From the IMG/VR virus record IMGVR_UViG_3300006923_000018, positions 1 to 64,000 of that record: 64,000 nucleotides of DNA; one strand, 5' to 3'. The position numbers and the translations under genes are program-made. Shown here piece by piece: positions 9,102 to 18,891 of the stretch (position 1 is the stretch's first letter; each line of letters opens with the position of its first letter). The notes under the pieces were generated by a model that did no database searches, was not told the DNA's origin, and was given only the letters and a program-made list of their open reading frames with translations. Source of the DNA: a virus.

Positions 9102-10736
9102 TTACTTTGCAGGGTTCTTCGTCGGTCTAACGAGGAGGTCGTCGGCACCGCACTTCATCTCCGTAAGGGGCGGGTTGATCTCCTGCCCCCTGGTGTAGTG
9201 CGTTCTTTTCCTAGTGACTAAGTAGAGGAGTCCGTCTTTTTTCCCAATTCTCCGTTTTGTCCCGAGGATTTGTTCATTTTGCGATGGTTTAAGCACCCAT
9301 CGTTTTGCTTGTCCGTGCGGCACATATTTAAAGGGTACTGGTTGTTTTGGTCTATTATCTCTTTCTTCTTTCTTTTGTTTTTCTTCTTCTTGTTGATCTA
9401 GGTATTGAATTTGTTTGACCCAGGTTCTGAGTCCTCCTTCATCGAGTCTAATGGTATTATTGCGTTTTGAGTTCCTAGATCCTCTTTCTTTCTTTTTTCG
9501 TTTCTTCCTAACTTTTCGTTCAACTACAATGATTTCGCTATTGAGTGCTGCGAGCGCATTAGCTGCCATGACTTCGAATTCCCAGGCTTCAAACTCATTA
9601 TCTTTAAGTTCAACTAATAGCTCTGGTGCTTTTTTGTGATATGACTTGGACTTGGCTGGTGTCAGCGGCATTGGGATATTAATGCTTGACGCGAAAGCAT
9701 TATGTTCTGGTACGAGTTTGTTCCAAGCGTGAACAACCTTATGTTTTACCATCCCGTGCAAGATGATGGATTCATCGAATGGTATCCCTATCGACTTAAC
9801 GGCGGTATAGAGTTGATTTCTATATCCTGGTAAGATTTCCACCTCGGGCTCTACGCTTTGGAATTGGTGTCCTCTTAGGTCTTGTTCAATCTCAGTTTTA
9901 TTGTTCACCTTCACATCTTGCCAAGTAAACATGACTGTTTTTCCATAGAAGGGATGTCCTGGAAGTGGTAGGTCTCCCCATCGAATCAGGCTTTTCCCTT
10001 TCTTGGCTCGGCTTCGGTGTACCTGCTGTAGTGCCCTCATTGATTTGATTGTGATTTCGACTACTTGCGTGCCTGTTTTAAGCCAGTCTGCCAGGACTTG
10101 TAAGTTTCTGACTTTTTCGTGTAAGCTTCTCGCTTCCGCTTCACTGACATCGAGTTTTAGGTTTGCGGCTTTATGTTCTTGTATAAAGTCCATCTTTTGT
10201 ATGACGAGCCAAGCGATGATTTTAGCGGCGTGCGCTATGCTTCCTTCTGCGAAAGATCTGAGAGCATGTATAAGTGCGAAGTCTACGACATACTCATCAC
10301 TTAGAGGATCTGGTATTGTCGCGAGCCATACTGCCATATCTTTGTTTATTGTATCCCATGGGTGTTTGGGGTCATAGAACGAGCTTTTGAGAAGTTCATT
10401 AAAGACGTGATCGGGGCTATGCTCTCCTGCTATCATTAGTGACGAAGCTACGATTAGGAACTTCTGCACTTGTTCCCAGCTAATGAAGTGGTGCTTCATC
10501 TCTTGCATGAGTGAAGTTCCAAAGGCTCCGATATGAAGTAATTTTGCTGTTGGTTGTAGTGATGGGTTTCTTTCTTGTTTCTCAACTAGATCTAAAACTT
10601 CTGCAACAATTTTTGGGATTGCTTCCGTGAGGTCGTATGCGCTGCGCAATAGTTCTGCGTACTGTTTGGTCCCACGCTGCGTTGTTTTCATCTGTTCGAG
10701 GTAGGTGTCTATTATGATCCAGTGATTGCCTTTCAT
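9102..10736 (-). CDS. large hypothetical protein with Lys/Arg-rich tract
   Basis: Long ORF. Start 10736 (ACAACAGG leader) avoids a 115-nt overlap. Contains RKVRKKRKKKER. Confidence 0.75.
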   Translation of the reverse strand: MKGNHWIIIDTYLEQMKTTQRGTKQYAELLRSAYDLTEAIPKIVAEVLDLVEKQERNPSLQPTAKLLHIGAFGTSLMQEMKHHFISWEQVQKFLIVASSLMIAGEHSPDHVFNELLKSSFYDPKHPWDTINKDMAVWLATIPDPLSDEYVVDFALIHALRSFAEGSIAHAAKIIAWLVIQKMDFIQEHKAANLKLDVSEAEARSLHEKVRNLQVLADWLKTGTQVVEITIKSMRALQQVHRSRAKKGKSLIRWGDLPLPGHPFYGKTVMFTWQDVKVNNKTEIEQDLRGHQFQSVEPEVEILPGYRNQLYTAVKSIGIPFDESIILHGMVKHKVVHAWNKLVPEHNAFASSINIPMPLTPAKSKSYHKKAPELLVELKDNEFEAWEFEVMAANALAALNSEIIVVERKVRKKRKKKERGSRNSKRNNTIRLDEGGLRTWVKQIQYLDQQEEEKQKKEERDNRPKQPVPFKYVPHGQAKRWVLKPSQNEQILGTKRRIGKKDGLLYLVTRKRTHYTRGQEINPPLTEMKCGADDLLVRPTKNPAK

Positions 10737-10753
10737 TACTTTTGCCTGTTGTG

Positions 10754-11545
10754 TTAGATCCCCAGCTTCTCTATGACTAAGTTTATGTATTCGTTGTCCA
10801 CAAATGGATGATGCAGTCCAGAGAGCGTGTAATCTCCCTGGATGCCTTCCACTTTTGTAGATAGCCATTGATTGATATATTTAATGAATGGTAGCGGGAG
10901 ATCTTCTGACGACAGTATGTTTTCATTTATAGCTTCGAGCAGGACTCGTTCAATTCCCCAGAAGTGATAATCAAGTGCTCCGTTATAGAAGACGTTGTTA
11001 TTGGTGAACAGTTCGATATCGGAGATGACCTCATCGCCAAGGCAGGTTGGATAGATATCGACATAGAGGAAATCGAATTCATACCCTTGGCATGTTTCCC
11101 TGCCGTCACCGTGTATGATTTCGAGTTTATTGAAGCCTTCCCTATTACTAAACGAGTTCGTGAAGAAGCTAATGATTCTCTCATCTTTCTCGAACACGGT
11201 AAGTTTAGTAACTGAGGGTTTGGCGATTGTTCTGAGTGCGTAGTGTCCGAGCCCCAGCCCGACTGTTCCGACGTTTCCATTTGAGTATAGGATTGGGAGG
11301 TGTTGTGACTGGCACTCCATCCTAGTAAGGCTCATCCATAGCACTCCGTCTATTCGGAGCACCGGCACGAGCAAATCCCCTATAGCGAAGTGTCTATTTA
11401 GGTAATCATCGAGCACTCCCATGGGGGCTCCGCTGGTGAGTACAATTCCGTCTTGGTCATAGGCTTTGAGATTGTAGAAGTCTGCTTCTTCTCTGACGTA
11501 TTGATTTGTAAATGGATTTCTATCTGCCCATTCTTTGTTATCCAT
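10754..11545 (-). CDS. class I SAM-dependent methyltransferase, spermidine-synthase-like fold
   Basis: VGLGLG motif I, LTVFEKD acidic motif II, IIHGDG, FDFLYVDI. Confidence 0.75.
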   Translation of the reverse strand: MDNKEWADRNPFTNQYVREEADFYNLKAYDQDGIVLTSGAPMGVLDDYLNRHFAIGDLLVPVLRIDGVLWMSLTRMECQSQHLPILYSNGNVGTVGLGLGHYALRTIAKPSVTKLTVFEKDERIISFFTNSFSNREGFNKLEIIHGDGRETCQGYEFDFLYVDIYPTCLGDEVISDIELFTNNNVFYNGALDYHFWGIERVLLEAINENILSSEDLPLPFIKYINQWLSTKVEGIQGDYTLSGLHHPFVDNEYINLVIEKLGI

Positions 11546-11597
11546 TGAAAGCTCGGTAGTTGAAGGTTTATTTAGTGTCCGGCGAAAACTTAAAGAC

Positions 11598-12068
11598 TCA
11601 TGTTCCCTCTACTTTGTACAGCGGTATATGATCCCAGAATCGGCACCGGATTAAGTGCTCTTTGACTATTGGCAGATTTGATATCTTGTTCCACAGAAGC
11701 GTGCAGTCGTCCTCTACAGCGCCGTAGAAAGCCCTGGCGTCCCCGCTTCGGAATACAGCAGCAATACCGACTATCAGAGCGGCTTGATCGGTAGACCATC
11801 CGCTGAACTTGTGATCTCCGGCTATCAGTAGCTTACAGAAGCGTCTCACAAAGGTTTCTTTCTGCTCTCTGGACTCCAGGCTCCGCAACTGCTGCATGAC
11901 TATGCTTGGCTCACATTCCATTAGGACATTGATATAGACATCTCTCGCTGTAGGTGCCTTGTTCATGATTTCAACCTCTTCTAATTTCTGTTTGTCTGAG
12001 TCCATTGGTTCAACAATCACTTCAGTGCCCCTGAAGCCTAATGCGGATTCTTCGGTATCCATCGCCAC
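11598..12068 (-). CDS. hypothetical protein
   Basis: 156-aa ORF; start uncertain. Confidence 0.6.
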   Translation of the reverse strand: MAMDTEESALGFRGTEVIVEPMDSDKQKLEEVEIMNKAPTARDVYINVLMECEPSIVMQQLRSLESREQKETFVRRFCKLLIAGDHKFSGWSTDQAALIVGIAAVFRSGDARAFYGAVEDDCTLLWNKISNLPIVKEHLIRCRFWDHIPLYKVEGT

Positions 12069-12092
12069 AAGTGATTCTGAATAATTTGCAGA

Positions 12093-12383
12093 TCATTTGA
12101 TTACTTCCACAGGTATTTGTGGGCGTTCTGCTTCCTCCGATGGCTTGCCTTTGACTAGTTGCTCAACTAATTCAGTCAACTGCCTGACCTCTTTACGGAG
12201 GCACCCCACCTCTTCATAAACATTATCTAGGAACCACGAGTGGTCCTTAACAAGATCATACAACCTCTTGCCATCGGGAGGGTTTCGAACTGCGGCTTCT
12301 ATCTGGTAGATGAAGCGAAACTCTAGGGGGATTTCATTCGGATCTGACATCTTCAGCCCCCCATAGGTTCTCAGCGACGTCAT
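12093..12383 (-). CDS. hypothetical coiled-coil protein
   Basis: 96-aa ORF; true start may be the internal MSDPNE. Confidence 0.55.
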   Translation of the reverse strand: MTSLRTYGGLKMSDPNEIPLEFRFIYQIEAAVRNPPDGKRLYDLVKDHSWFLDNVYEEVGCLRKEVRQLTELVEQLVKGKPSEEAERPQIPVEVIK

Positions 12384-12612
12384 CTTCTTCAGTTTCAGTA
12401 CAGACCTCGACGCACTCCCAGTGGGGTATACGTGGCACTCCTGTTACGCTGGTGTGTGTCCACTCCCAATAGTAAATCCGTACCATCTTATTGTTGAGCC
12501 TGGTTGTAAGCTTTACTGTGGTGCCAGTCTCATGTGGGTTGATGTGAATGGCTCTAATATCGGTTATATCTGTATACTTCTTGAGCATCTCAAAGAGTAT
12601 ATGTAGTAGCAT
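12334..12612 (-). CDS. hypothetical protein
   Basis: Leader ACACAACCACAGGAGAACTAATG. Confidence 0.6.
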   Translation of the reverse strand: MLLHILFEMLKKYTDITDIRAIHINPHETGTTVKLTTRLNNKMVRIYYWEWTHTSVTGVPRIPHWECVEVCTETEEDDVAENLWGAEDVRSE

Positions 12613-12791
12613 TAGTTCTCCTGTGGTTGTGTTTTAAACGATGCGTAGGAGAGGTCGCTTCCATCAGCTTCCCTCACGATGCCTACGCTCACCGGCATGA
12701 TTTTGGGCCCTCCACAATGGAACTGCACGCTCCGGCTGACTGAGGGGTACGGCCTTCATGCGAGGTTGCAGGATAGTCAGCCGTCATGAGA

Positions 12792-13004
12792 TTAAAGGCC
12801 CTCCTCGGGCTCGTAGGCGTTTGGGTCGAGGGGTACGGGCTCTAGACCCTTCGAAGTGCGGTGGATGCGGTTCCAGGCCCCGTGGCACCCTCTACAGATC
12901 GGCTCGCGTTGGCCGTCTACTCGGATCGATGGAACGCGGTCTGGATTGAATGCGATAGGTCGCTGACAACCGGCGCATTCACCGAATGCGATGATGTGGG
13001 GCAT
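12792..13004 (-). CDS. small zinc-finger protein
   Basis: CAGC...CRGC pairs; CAGGAG SD. Confidence 0.65.
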   Translation of the reverse strand: MPHIIAFGECAGCQRPIAFNPDRVPSIRVDGQREPICRGCHGAWNRIHRTSKGLEPVPLDPNAYEPEEGL

Positions 13005-13082
13005 TGTCTATCTCCTGCTGTGTGATAGAGTGTTACACAGTATATATACGTATTCGGTTACGAATTGACGACAGGGGGTGAT

Positions 13083-13697
13083 ATGGGTGGTTACGAGGTG
13101 GTTTACTGTGATCCGCCCTGGTCGTACACACACAATACCTACTCGGCTCGCGACAATGATGGTATCAAGTCCATAAGCTTGAGTCATGTTACAGATAAGT
13201 ATCCAACGCTCAGCTTGGTTGAGATGATGTGTTGGGATTTGGAATCTATTTTAGCTGATGATGCTTTGATATTTATGTGGGCCACTGGTCCTGTATTGGA
13301 GGAGTCCTTTCCTCTCATGAATTCGTGGGGCTTTTCGTTTATGACGGTTGGGTTTGTCTGGGAAAAGGTAAAGGTGAACCCTGGCTATTACACAATGAGC
13401 AGTTGCGAATACGTGTTAATTGGAAAGCGTGGCACCATTCCTCAGCCGAGGGGGAGCAGGTCTGTTAGACAGTTTCATCAGGAGTTGTCTACACGTCACA
13501 GTGCAAAGCCTGATGAGATTCGCGAACGGATCGAAGAGATGTTTCCAACTCAGAAAAGGCTAGAGATGTTTTGCCGAACGCCAAAAGAGGGTTGGGACAT
13601 ATTCGGAAACGAGGTAGATAGCAGCATAGTCATCCCGAAGCGAAGCCGATTAGAGGTGAAGCGCCTTGGGAGTGTCATGTGGAGGAAGTGGGCATGA
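13083..13697 (+). CDS. MT-A70 family adenine methyltransferase
   Basis: DPPW catalytic motif, then FMWAT, WGF, FVWEK, HSAKP, LEMFCR and GWDIFGNE. Confidence 0.9.
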   Translation: MGGYEVVYCDPPWSYTHNTYSARDNDGIKSISLSHVTDKYPTLSLVEMMCWDLESILADDALIFMWATGPVLEESFPLMNSWGFSFMTVGFVWEKVKVNPGYYTMSSCEYVLIGKRGTIPQPRGSRSVRQFHQELSTRHSAKPDEIRERIEEMFPTQKRLEMFCRTPKEGWDIFGNEVDSSIVIPKRSRLEVKRLGSVMWRKWA

Positions 13698-13999
13698 GTG
13701 TTGATGATATGCGTAATCGTTTAAAGATAAACCGGAATCCAATTCAGCGTCCTGGTGTAGATCACTGTCTCCGCACGACAGTTTTTGGTGGTCCTGATGC
13801 GTCTCGCGATGTTCGTCTTTATCTTGACAAGGCGAGCTTGAGGCACATGCTGGAGATTGCATCTAAGTCTTCTTTGGAGATGGCTGTTATTAATATGGCT
13901 GGTCTAGAGATTTCTGTCTACCAGGCTGAATCTGGACATACTTATGAGGTGTGGAAGATTGTGGGATTGGCCCCTAAGCCGCTAAGTTTTAGTTTTTAG
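13694..13999 (+). CDS. hypothetical protein upstream of terminase large subunit
   Basis: GGAGG SD; ATGA overlap with the MTase. Confidence 0.65.
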   Translation: MSVDDMRNRLKINRNPIQRPGVDHCLRTTVFGGPDASRDVRLYLDKASLRHMLEIASKSSLEMAVINMAGLEISVYQAESGHTYEVWKIVGLAPKPLSFSF

Positions 14000-14008
14000 G
14001 GGTGATAT

Positions 14009-15658
14009 ATGGATGTTAATAACTATCATTATTTAATGAGTTCTTTAACGACTCAGTTTCCTTTATTTCGTTTAGCTCTTTCTACTCATCAAAATACTCG
14101 CGGCAAGCCTATTTCGTTTGCTGACAAGCCGTATTTGATTGAGCTTTATACTGAGCTTCCCAAGTTGCCCGGTGCTGATATCCGTAAGGCAGTTCAGACT
14201 GGTTTATCAGAATTGTTTATACAGCTTATTTTAGAGCGTGCAGGCTGGGCGGGTAAAATTACAGCTTACGTCTTGCCTACATTTACAATTAGAGATCGAT
14301 TTGTCCAGAACCGAGTGAACCCGTTACTGGCTTCTATCCCTGCTTATAAGATGCGAGCTACATCGGACGGCAAGGGAGGTCAGGGAAACCTTAAGCTGAA
14401 GCGTTTTGGCAAGGGCGCGATGATGTTTTTGGGCTCTAATACTGTAGCGGATTTTATTGAATTCTCTGCTGATGTTTTAGTTATTGACGAGTTTGATCAG
14501 TGTGATCCTGAGAATCTAGCTAAGGCTCGCGACCGATTAAGGGCTTCTGAGTACCCGCAGATGTTTCGTTTAGGGAACCCAACGTTGCCGCGCACGGGGA
14601 TTAGTCGTCTCTATGAGCAAAGCGATCAGCGGATTTGGATGAGTCGCTGCAACCACTGTAATCATTGGCAGCCGATTGATTGGTTTGCTAATATTATTCA
14701 TCGCAATGATACGGGCGATTGGGCTTTGCGTGACAAAGAGCGGATTGGTTCTAATTTAGATGCTCGACCTATGTGCGTTAAATGCAATCAGCCTTTTGAT
14801 CGTGGCGTGAAGCATGGGGCGTGGGTTGCGCGTCGTCCTTCAGTAGATTGGCGAGGCTACACGGTTAGCCGTCTTGATTGTTTAACTGAAAACTATAAGA
14901 ATTTATTTATGGAATGGATGAGCGGTCAGGGTCAATCTGAGATGCTGTCTACGTTTTACACATCTGTCTTAGGAATTCCGTATGAGCATAGTGGGTCACG
15001 ATTATCAATGGAGGCTTTAAACAACGCATCTGTTGGTGCAGAACTCGATTATGGTGGTGGTGATGCGTATGCTAATGAGGTGGTCACATTAGGCATTGAT
15101 GTTGGTGCAGTATTGAACTGTTCGCTAAGTGTGATGCGAAAGCGTGAAGACGGGACTTTATTACGTGATGCTCGCTATATTGGGGCAGTGCGGACGTTTC
15201 GTGAAGTGTCCGACATAATTCGTCGTTATCATGTTGATTGCTGCATAATCGACTCAATGCCTGAAACGCGCAAGGCTCAAGAGCTTCGTGATGAGTTTTT
15301 GAGTAGTGGATCTTGTCAGGTTTGGCTGTGTAGATTTCATCCGACCCAACGTGTTGGTCAGCAACTTTACGGTCTAAAGATGAATTTCAGGGAACGAGTA
15401 ATTACTGTAGATCGTACACAGGTGTTTGATGCCACATTTGACGATATTAAGCACGGAAGGCGTCGTTTCCCATCTGACATTCAAACAGTTTTCGGGTGGT
15501 CTGCTCAGATGCGTGCCAGCGTTCGTGTGTTGAATGAGGGGAAGGGGCGTATCATTTGGACAGAAGGCAGGAACCCGGATCATTATCGTTTAGCTGGAAT
15601 TTACGACCGCATTGCGTATGATGTTATGGAATACGGTGGTGGATATTTTGCTGCCTAG
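14009..15658 (+). CDS. terminase large subunit, lambda GpA-like
   Basis: KAVQTGLSE (Walker A variant), VIDEFD (Walker B), GNPT coupling motif, CNHC/CVKC Zn motif, GIDVG nuclease motif. Confidence 0.9.
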   Translation: MDVNNYHYLMSSLTTQFPLFRLALSTHQNTRGKPISFADKPYLIELYTELPKLPGADIRKAVQTGLSELFIQLILERAGWAGKITAYVLPTFTIRDRFVQNRVNPLLASIPAYKMRATSDGKGGQGNLKLKRFGKGAMMFLGSNTVADFIEFSADVLVIDEFDQCDPENLAKARDRLRASEYPQMFRLGNPTLPRTGISRLYEQSDQRIWMSRCNHCNHWQPIDWFANIIHRNDTGDWALRDKERIGSNLDARPMCVKCNQPFDRGVKHGAWVARRPSVDWRGYTVSRLDCLTENYKNLFMEWMSGQGQSEMLSTFYTSVLGIPYEHSGSRLSMEALNNASVGAELDYGGGDAYANEVVTLGIDVGAVLNCSLSVMRKREDGTLLRDARYIGAVRTFREVSDIIRRYHVDCCIIDSMPETRKAQELRDEFLSSGSCQVWLCRFHPTQRVGQQLYGLKMNFRERVITVDRTQVFDATFDDIKHGRRRFPSDIQTVFGWSAQMRASVRVLNEGKGRIIWTEGRNPDHYRLAGIYDRIAYDVMEYGGGYFAA

Positions 15659-15672
15659 AGCGGTCAGCGAAG

Positions 15673-16317
15673 ATGGACGAGTGGCAAGATTACTGGTTAA
15701 GGATGGAGTCCCGTTCTTCAATTTTGGAGAGGGAGTGTCTTCAGAATATTCATCAGCTAGCAGAGTGGGCGGTTGAGAATACTCGCGGGGATGTGGTGAC
15801 GTGCAGTCCTGGCAATGCGACGAGCGCGTTAGTCATCGGAAATGCAATTCGCGCAAAGTGCCCTAAGTACTGGTTTTATGATACCAGGAATAATTTTAAT
15901 TACTACATTCCTGATTCTGATTATGGCGCTTATGTGTATTCCAAACTGCATAGTTGTGACCCTGACAAGATGGTTGATCTATTCAATTCATTAAACTTAG
16001 GCTTGCCTATATTCAGTAGTGTCTTGAACAGTTTTAATATGGAGATTGAGATTCCCAAATCAATTTCATTTCTGCATATTAATGCAAGCCTTAATGTGTT
16101 GGTAAAGCGATGTTTAGATCTCTTCTATGATAATGTTGAAGAGGGCGGAATAATCGTTTTAGATGATTTTGGCTGGTGGGAAGGATCTCGCCGCGCTTTT
16201 TACAGTTTTTGTTTTAGTCATGGCGAGTATCCGTTGTTGGAGAGGTGTGGATGTAGCCAAGTGTATTGGATAAAGGGTCGCACTCATAATCGCATTAGTG
16301 GTTATAAAATATTGTAA
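15673..16317 (+). CDS. TylF/MycF-like sugar O-methyltransferase homolog, degenerate
   Basis: ISFLHI...CLDLFYDNVEEGGIIVLDDFGWWEGSRRA matches the TylF C-terminus; several canonical residues are changed. Confidence 0.65.
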   Translation: MDEWQDYWLRMESRSSILERECLQNIHQLAEWAVENTRGDVVTCSPGNATSALVIGNAIRAKCPKYWFYDTRNNFNYYIPDSDYGAYVYSKLHSCDPDKMVDLFNSLNLGLPIFSSVLNSFNMEIEIPKSISFLHINASLNVLVKRCLDLFYDNVEEGGIIVLDDFGWWEGSRRAFYSFCFSHGEYPLLERCGCSQVYWIKGRTHNRISGYKIL

Positions 16318-16352
16318 CCGCTATGATACTCTGAGTGCTGAAGGGGAAAGAG

Positions 16353-18758
16353 ATGGCAAAGGTCATTGGAACGGGTACTACATTAGTACAGAAGGAAAGA
16401 CCTGTAGTTGGCGGATGGCTCTCTGCGCCATCTGTTCGTAAGCGAAAGGGTTTAATTCCAACTTCTTCAATTAGCTCCACTACCGAAGTCAGTGTGAATG
16501 AAGTTCGCCCTAGCTCTATCCTATCAAATGCAGAGCTATGGTCAGTTTATCGTCGCACCCCAGATGTGCGTGCTGCCGTTGATTCAATTGTCCGGCGGGT
16601 GGCTACATTTGATTGGACGGTAGAGCCAACCGTGGATGCAACAAGCGATTTATATCTACAGGCTCTAGATATTGCTAATCGTACAAAAAGATTCCTGTCA
16701 GCCCCAAATAAGAATGGTGAGACATGGCAGGAGTTAATGACTGCTGCCCTTACAGACTTATTAGTATTTGATGCTGGTGCTATAGAAGTTGTTTTTGATT
16801 CTAAGAAAGAGCTTAAAGAATTAGTTGCTTTACCTGGAACTACAATTCGTCCTGTACTTAACGAACATGGAAGGCTGTTGAAGTATGTTCAGGATATGGG
16901 GGACGGCGGCCTCGGGGGAGCATATCTACGTCAAACCACTAATGGCTCTCCCCCAACCTTCAAGCCTGACGAGCTTGTCATGCTGCAAATGTTTACCAAT
17001 ACTCAGTCTGGTGGATACGGTAATCCATTAATCGAATCATTGGTTAATGAAGTTGTGACGTTGCTTCGTGGTTCTGAGCACATCATGCTTGCGTATGATG
17101 CGGATGAGATTCCTCCTGGGATTTTGGTATTGGCTGGTTTGGCTGGTAATGCTGCTCGTGAGGCTCGTGCAGATCTCCAGAACATGCGAGGGCAGGACCA
17201 TAAGATCCGCGTACTGACAACTCCAGATCCGGCTGGTGCTGGTGCTAAGTGGGTTGAGCTAAGGCACACTCCTAAAGATTTAGAATTCGAGAGCATTATG
17301 CAACAGATCCGCCGTACTGTATGGCGCGTGTTTGGTGTAATGCCTGTTGAGATGGGGGCCTCGGACGCCCTGCCTCGCTCCACTGCACAGATTCAGTTGG
17401 ACGTGTCCACTTCTCATTTAGTTACTCCTATTCTGGAATTGCTACAAGCAAAGATCAACGCTCGAATTATCCCCTTAGTCGTTGGCGATGCAGACCTAAC
17501 AAAGCTCGTCTCATTTAAGTTCGATCGAACAGCCCACCCAACAGCGGAAGATGCTCAGTATTTGTCTCAACGCTATCAGCGTTTAGTCGGAATTGGCGTA
17601 ATGACACGGAACGAGGTCAGAAAAGAGATTGGTCTTCTGCCGATTCTGAATGGTGATGTTCCTACTGTAGACACGGCTCAGGGTCCGGTCCCGCTGGACA
17701 TCTTGGTTAAAGAGGGTCCAGTTGGCGCATTAACCATTGAAGAGCCTTCAGTAGAAGATGAAATTACATCGAATGTTAGCCAGCAAGATATTGAGGACAT
17801 TGGTGACGAGGCTCCTGGCGAAGTGGCATTGTCTAATCGATCGGAGCCATCCTATTTTGGTTATTTGCCAAGTGAATGGCAACCCGAAGGATTCTTTTCT
17901 AAGTATCGGACAATAGAACTAGAGCGCCTTGGCTTTGCAGTTGCTCAGTACGCAAAGTTTGTTCAGCCGTATTGGAGAGAGGCGCGAGACGAGCTTGTCT
18001 CTTCTTTATCTGCTAACTATAAGGATGGAAAAATCTCTGATGAGGCGGCTGCTAATCTCAGGAATGACGTAGGCAGAGCCGTCGATAAGCTAGCTACAAA
18101 GTGGGGCGTGGCGACATACCCGCTTTACCTGGAGGCAGCAAAGATCGCTCATGAATCAGCTTCCAGGTATGTAGATGGAACGATTGAGATTGATTACGAG
18201 TTACTATCTAAGACATTTAACAATAATGCCATGTTTTACCTGACAAATGCTGAGGGGCTGTTGGGTGTAATGAAAACAAAAATGGTTATGTTTATTGATG
18301 CTTTAGTTGCTGATGGTCCTGTAATACGAACTAATCCAAAAACTCCACAGATTAGTGCTCCTAAAGACGTTGAGCCTGGGATGTCGATAGAAGAAATGCT
18401 CGAACGCGCAATACATGCGTGGGATTCTCAGGAGAACCGAATTGAAAATTGGTCAGGAAAACTTGTTGAGCTATCAAATATTGTAGCTGTATCCAGTTTG
18501 TCTTCTGCTGTGCCTTTTACACAAGTTGGCGGCGGCGATGAATGGTATTACGAGTGGGTTGAAGTGGGCGATAACCGCACTTGTTCGACATGTAGATCTG
18601 AAGGCGCGATGGGATTCCGTGCTCTGAGTCAGATCAAGATTCACCCTGGTGGTGGTACTGTATGCGGCGCACGTTGTCGTTGTGTGCTTGTTTTCTGGAA
18701 AAAGAGCGAGGTAGACTCTGGAGTTGCTGAGATTCTGGGGCCTGCTGAGGATGAGTAG
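16353..18758 (+). CDS. portal protein (HK97-like) fused to a MuF/SPP1 gp7-like head morphogenesis domain
   Basis: Portal motifs (PNKNGETW, YGNPLIE, PPGIL, VFGVMPVEMG, GVMTRNEVR) in the first ~450 aa; C-terminal W..VGDNRTCSTC...HP...CRC. Confidence 0.85.
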   Translation: MAKVIGTGTTLVQKERPVVGGWLSAPSVRKRKGLIPTSSISSTTEVSVNEVRPSSILSNAELWSVYRRTPDVRAAVDSIVRRVATFDWTVEPTVDATSDLYLQALDIANRTKRFLSAPNKNGETWQELMTAALTDLLVFDAGAIEVVFDSKKELKELVALPGTTIRPVLNEHGRLLKYVQDMGDGGLGGAYLRQTTNGSPPTFKPDELVMLQMFTNTQSGGYGNPLIESLVNEVVTLLRGSEHIMLAYDADEIPPGILVLAGLAGNAAREARADLQNMRGQDHKIRVLTTPDPAGAGAKWVELRHTPKDLEFESIMQQIRRTVWRVFGVMPVEMGASDALPRSTAQIQLDVSTSHLVTPILELLQAKINARIIPLVVGDADLTKLVSFKFDRTAHPTAEDAQYLSQRYQRLVGIGVMTRNEVRKEIGLLPILNGDVPTVDTAQGPVPLDILVKEGPVGALTIEEPSVEDEITSNVSQQDIEDIGDEAPGEVALSNRSEPSYFGYLPSEWQPEGFFSKYRTIELERLGFAVAQYAKFVQPYWREARDELVSSLSANYKDGKISDEAAANLRNDVGRAVDKLATKWGVATYPLYLEAAKIAHESASRYVDGTIEIDYELLSKTFNNNAMFYLTNAEGLLGVMKTKMVMFIDALVADGPVIRTNPKTPQISAPKDVEPGMSIEEMLERAIHAWDSQENRIENWSGKLVELSNIVAVSSLSSAVPFTQVGGGDEWYYEWVEVGDNRTCSTCRSEGAMGFRALSQIKIHPGGGTVCGARCRCVLVFWKKSEVDSGVAEILGPAEDE

Positions 18759-18891
18759 CGCTCTAATTATTTTAGTGGAATTCTTTGGATGTATAAATTA
18801 TCAATTACAGGTTATTATCTTGACGTATGAAGTATAATTGGGCTACCGTTTAATTGGTAATTCTATTAGATTTCATTTTAAGGATGACTTC

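Noticed and set aside
18820-18838. TTGACG...TATAAT as a canonical promoter before the protease
   Set aside because: The spacer is only about 7 bp. The TATAAT alone may function, but the pair is not a valid -35/-10.
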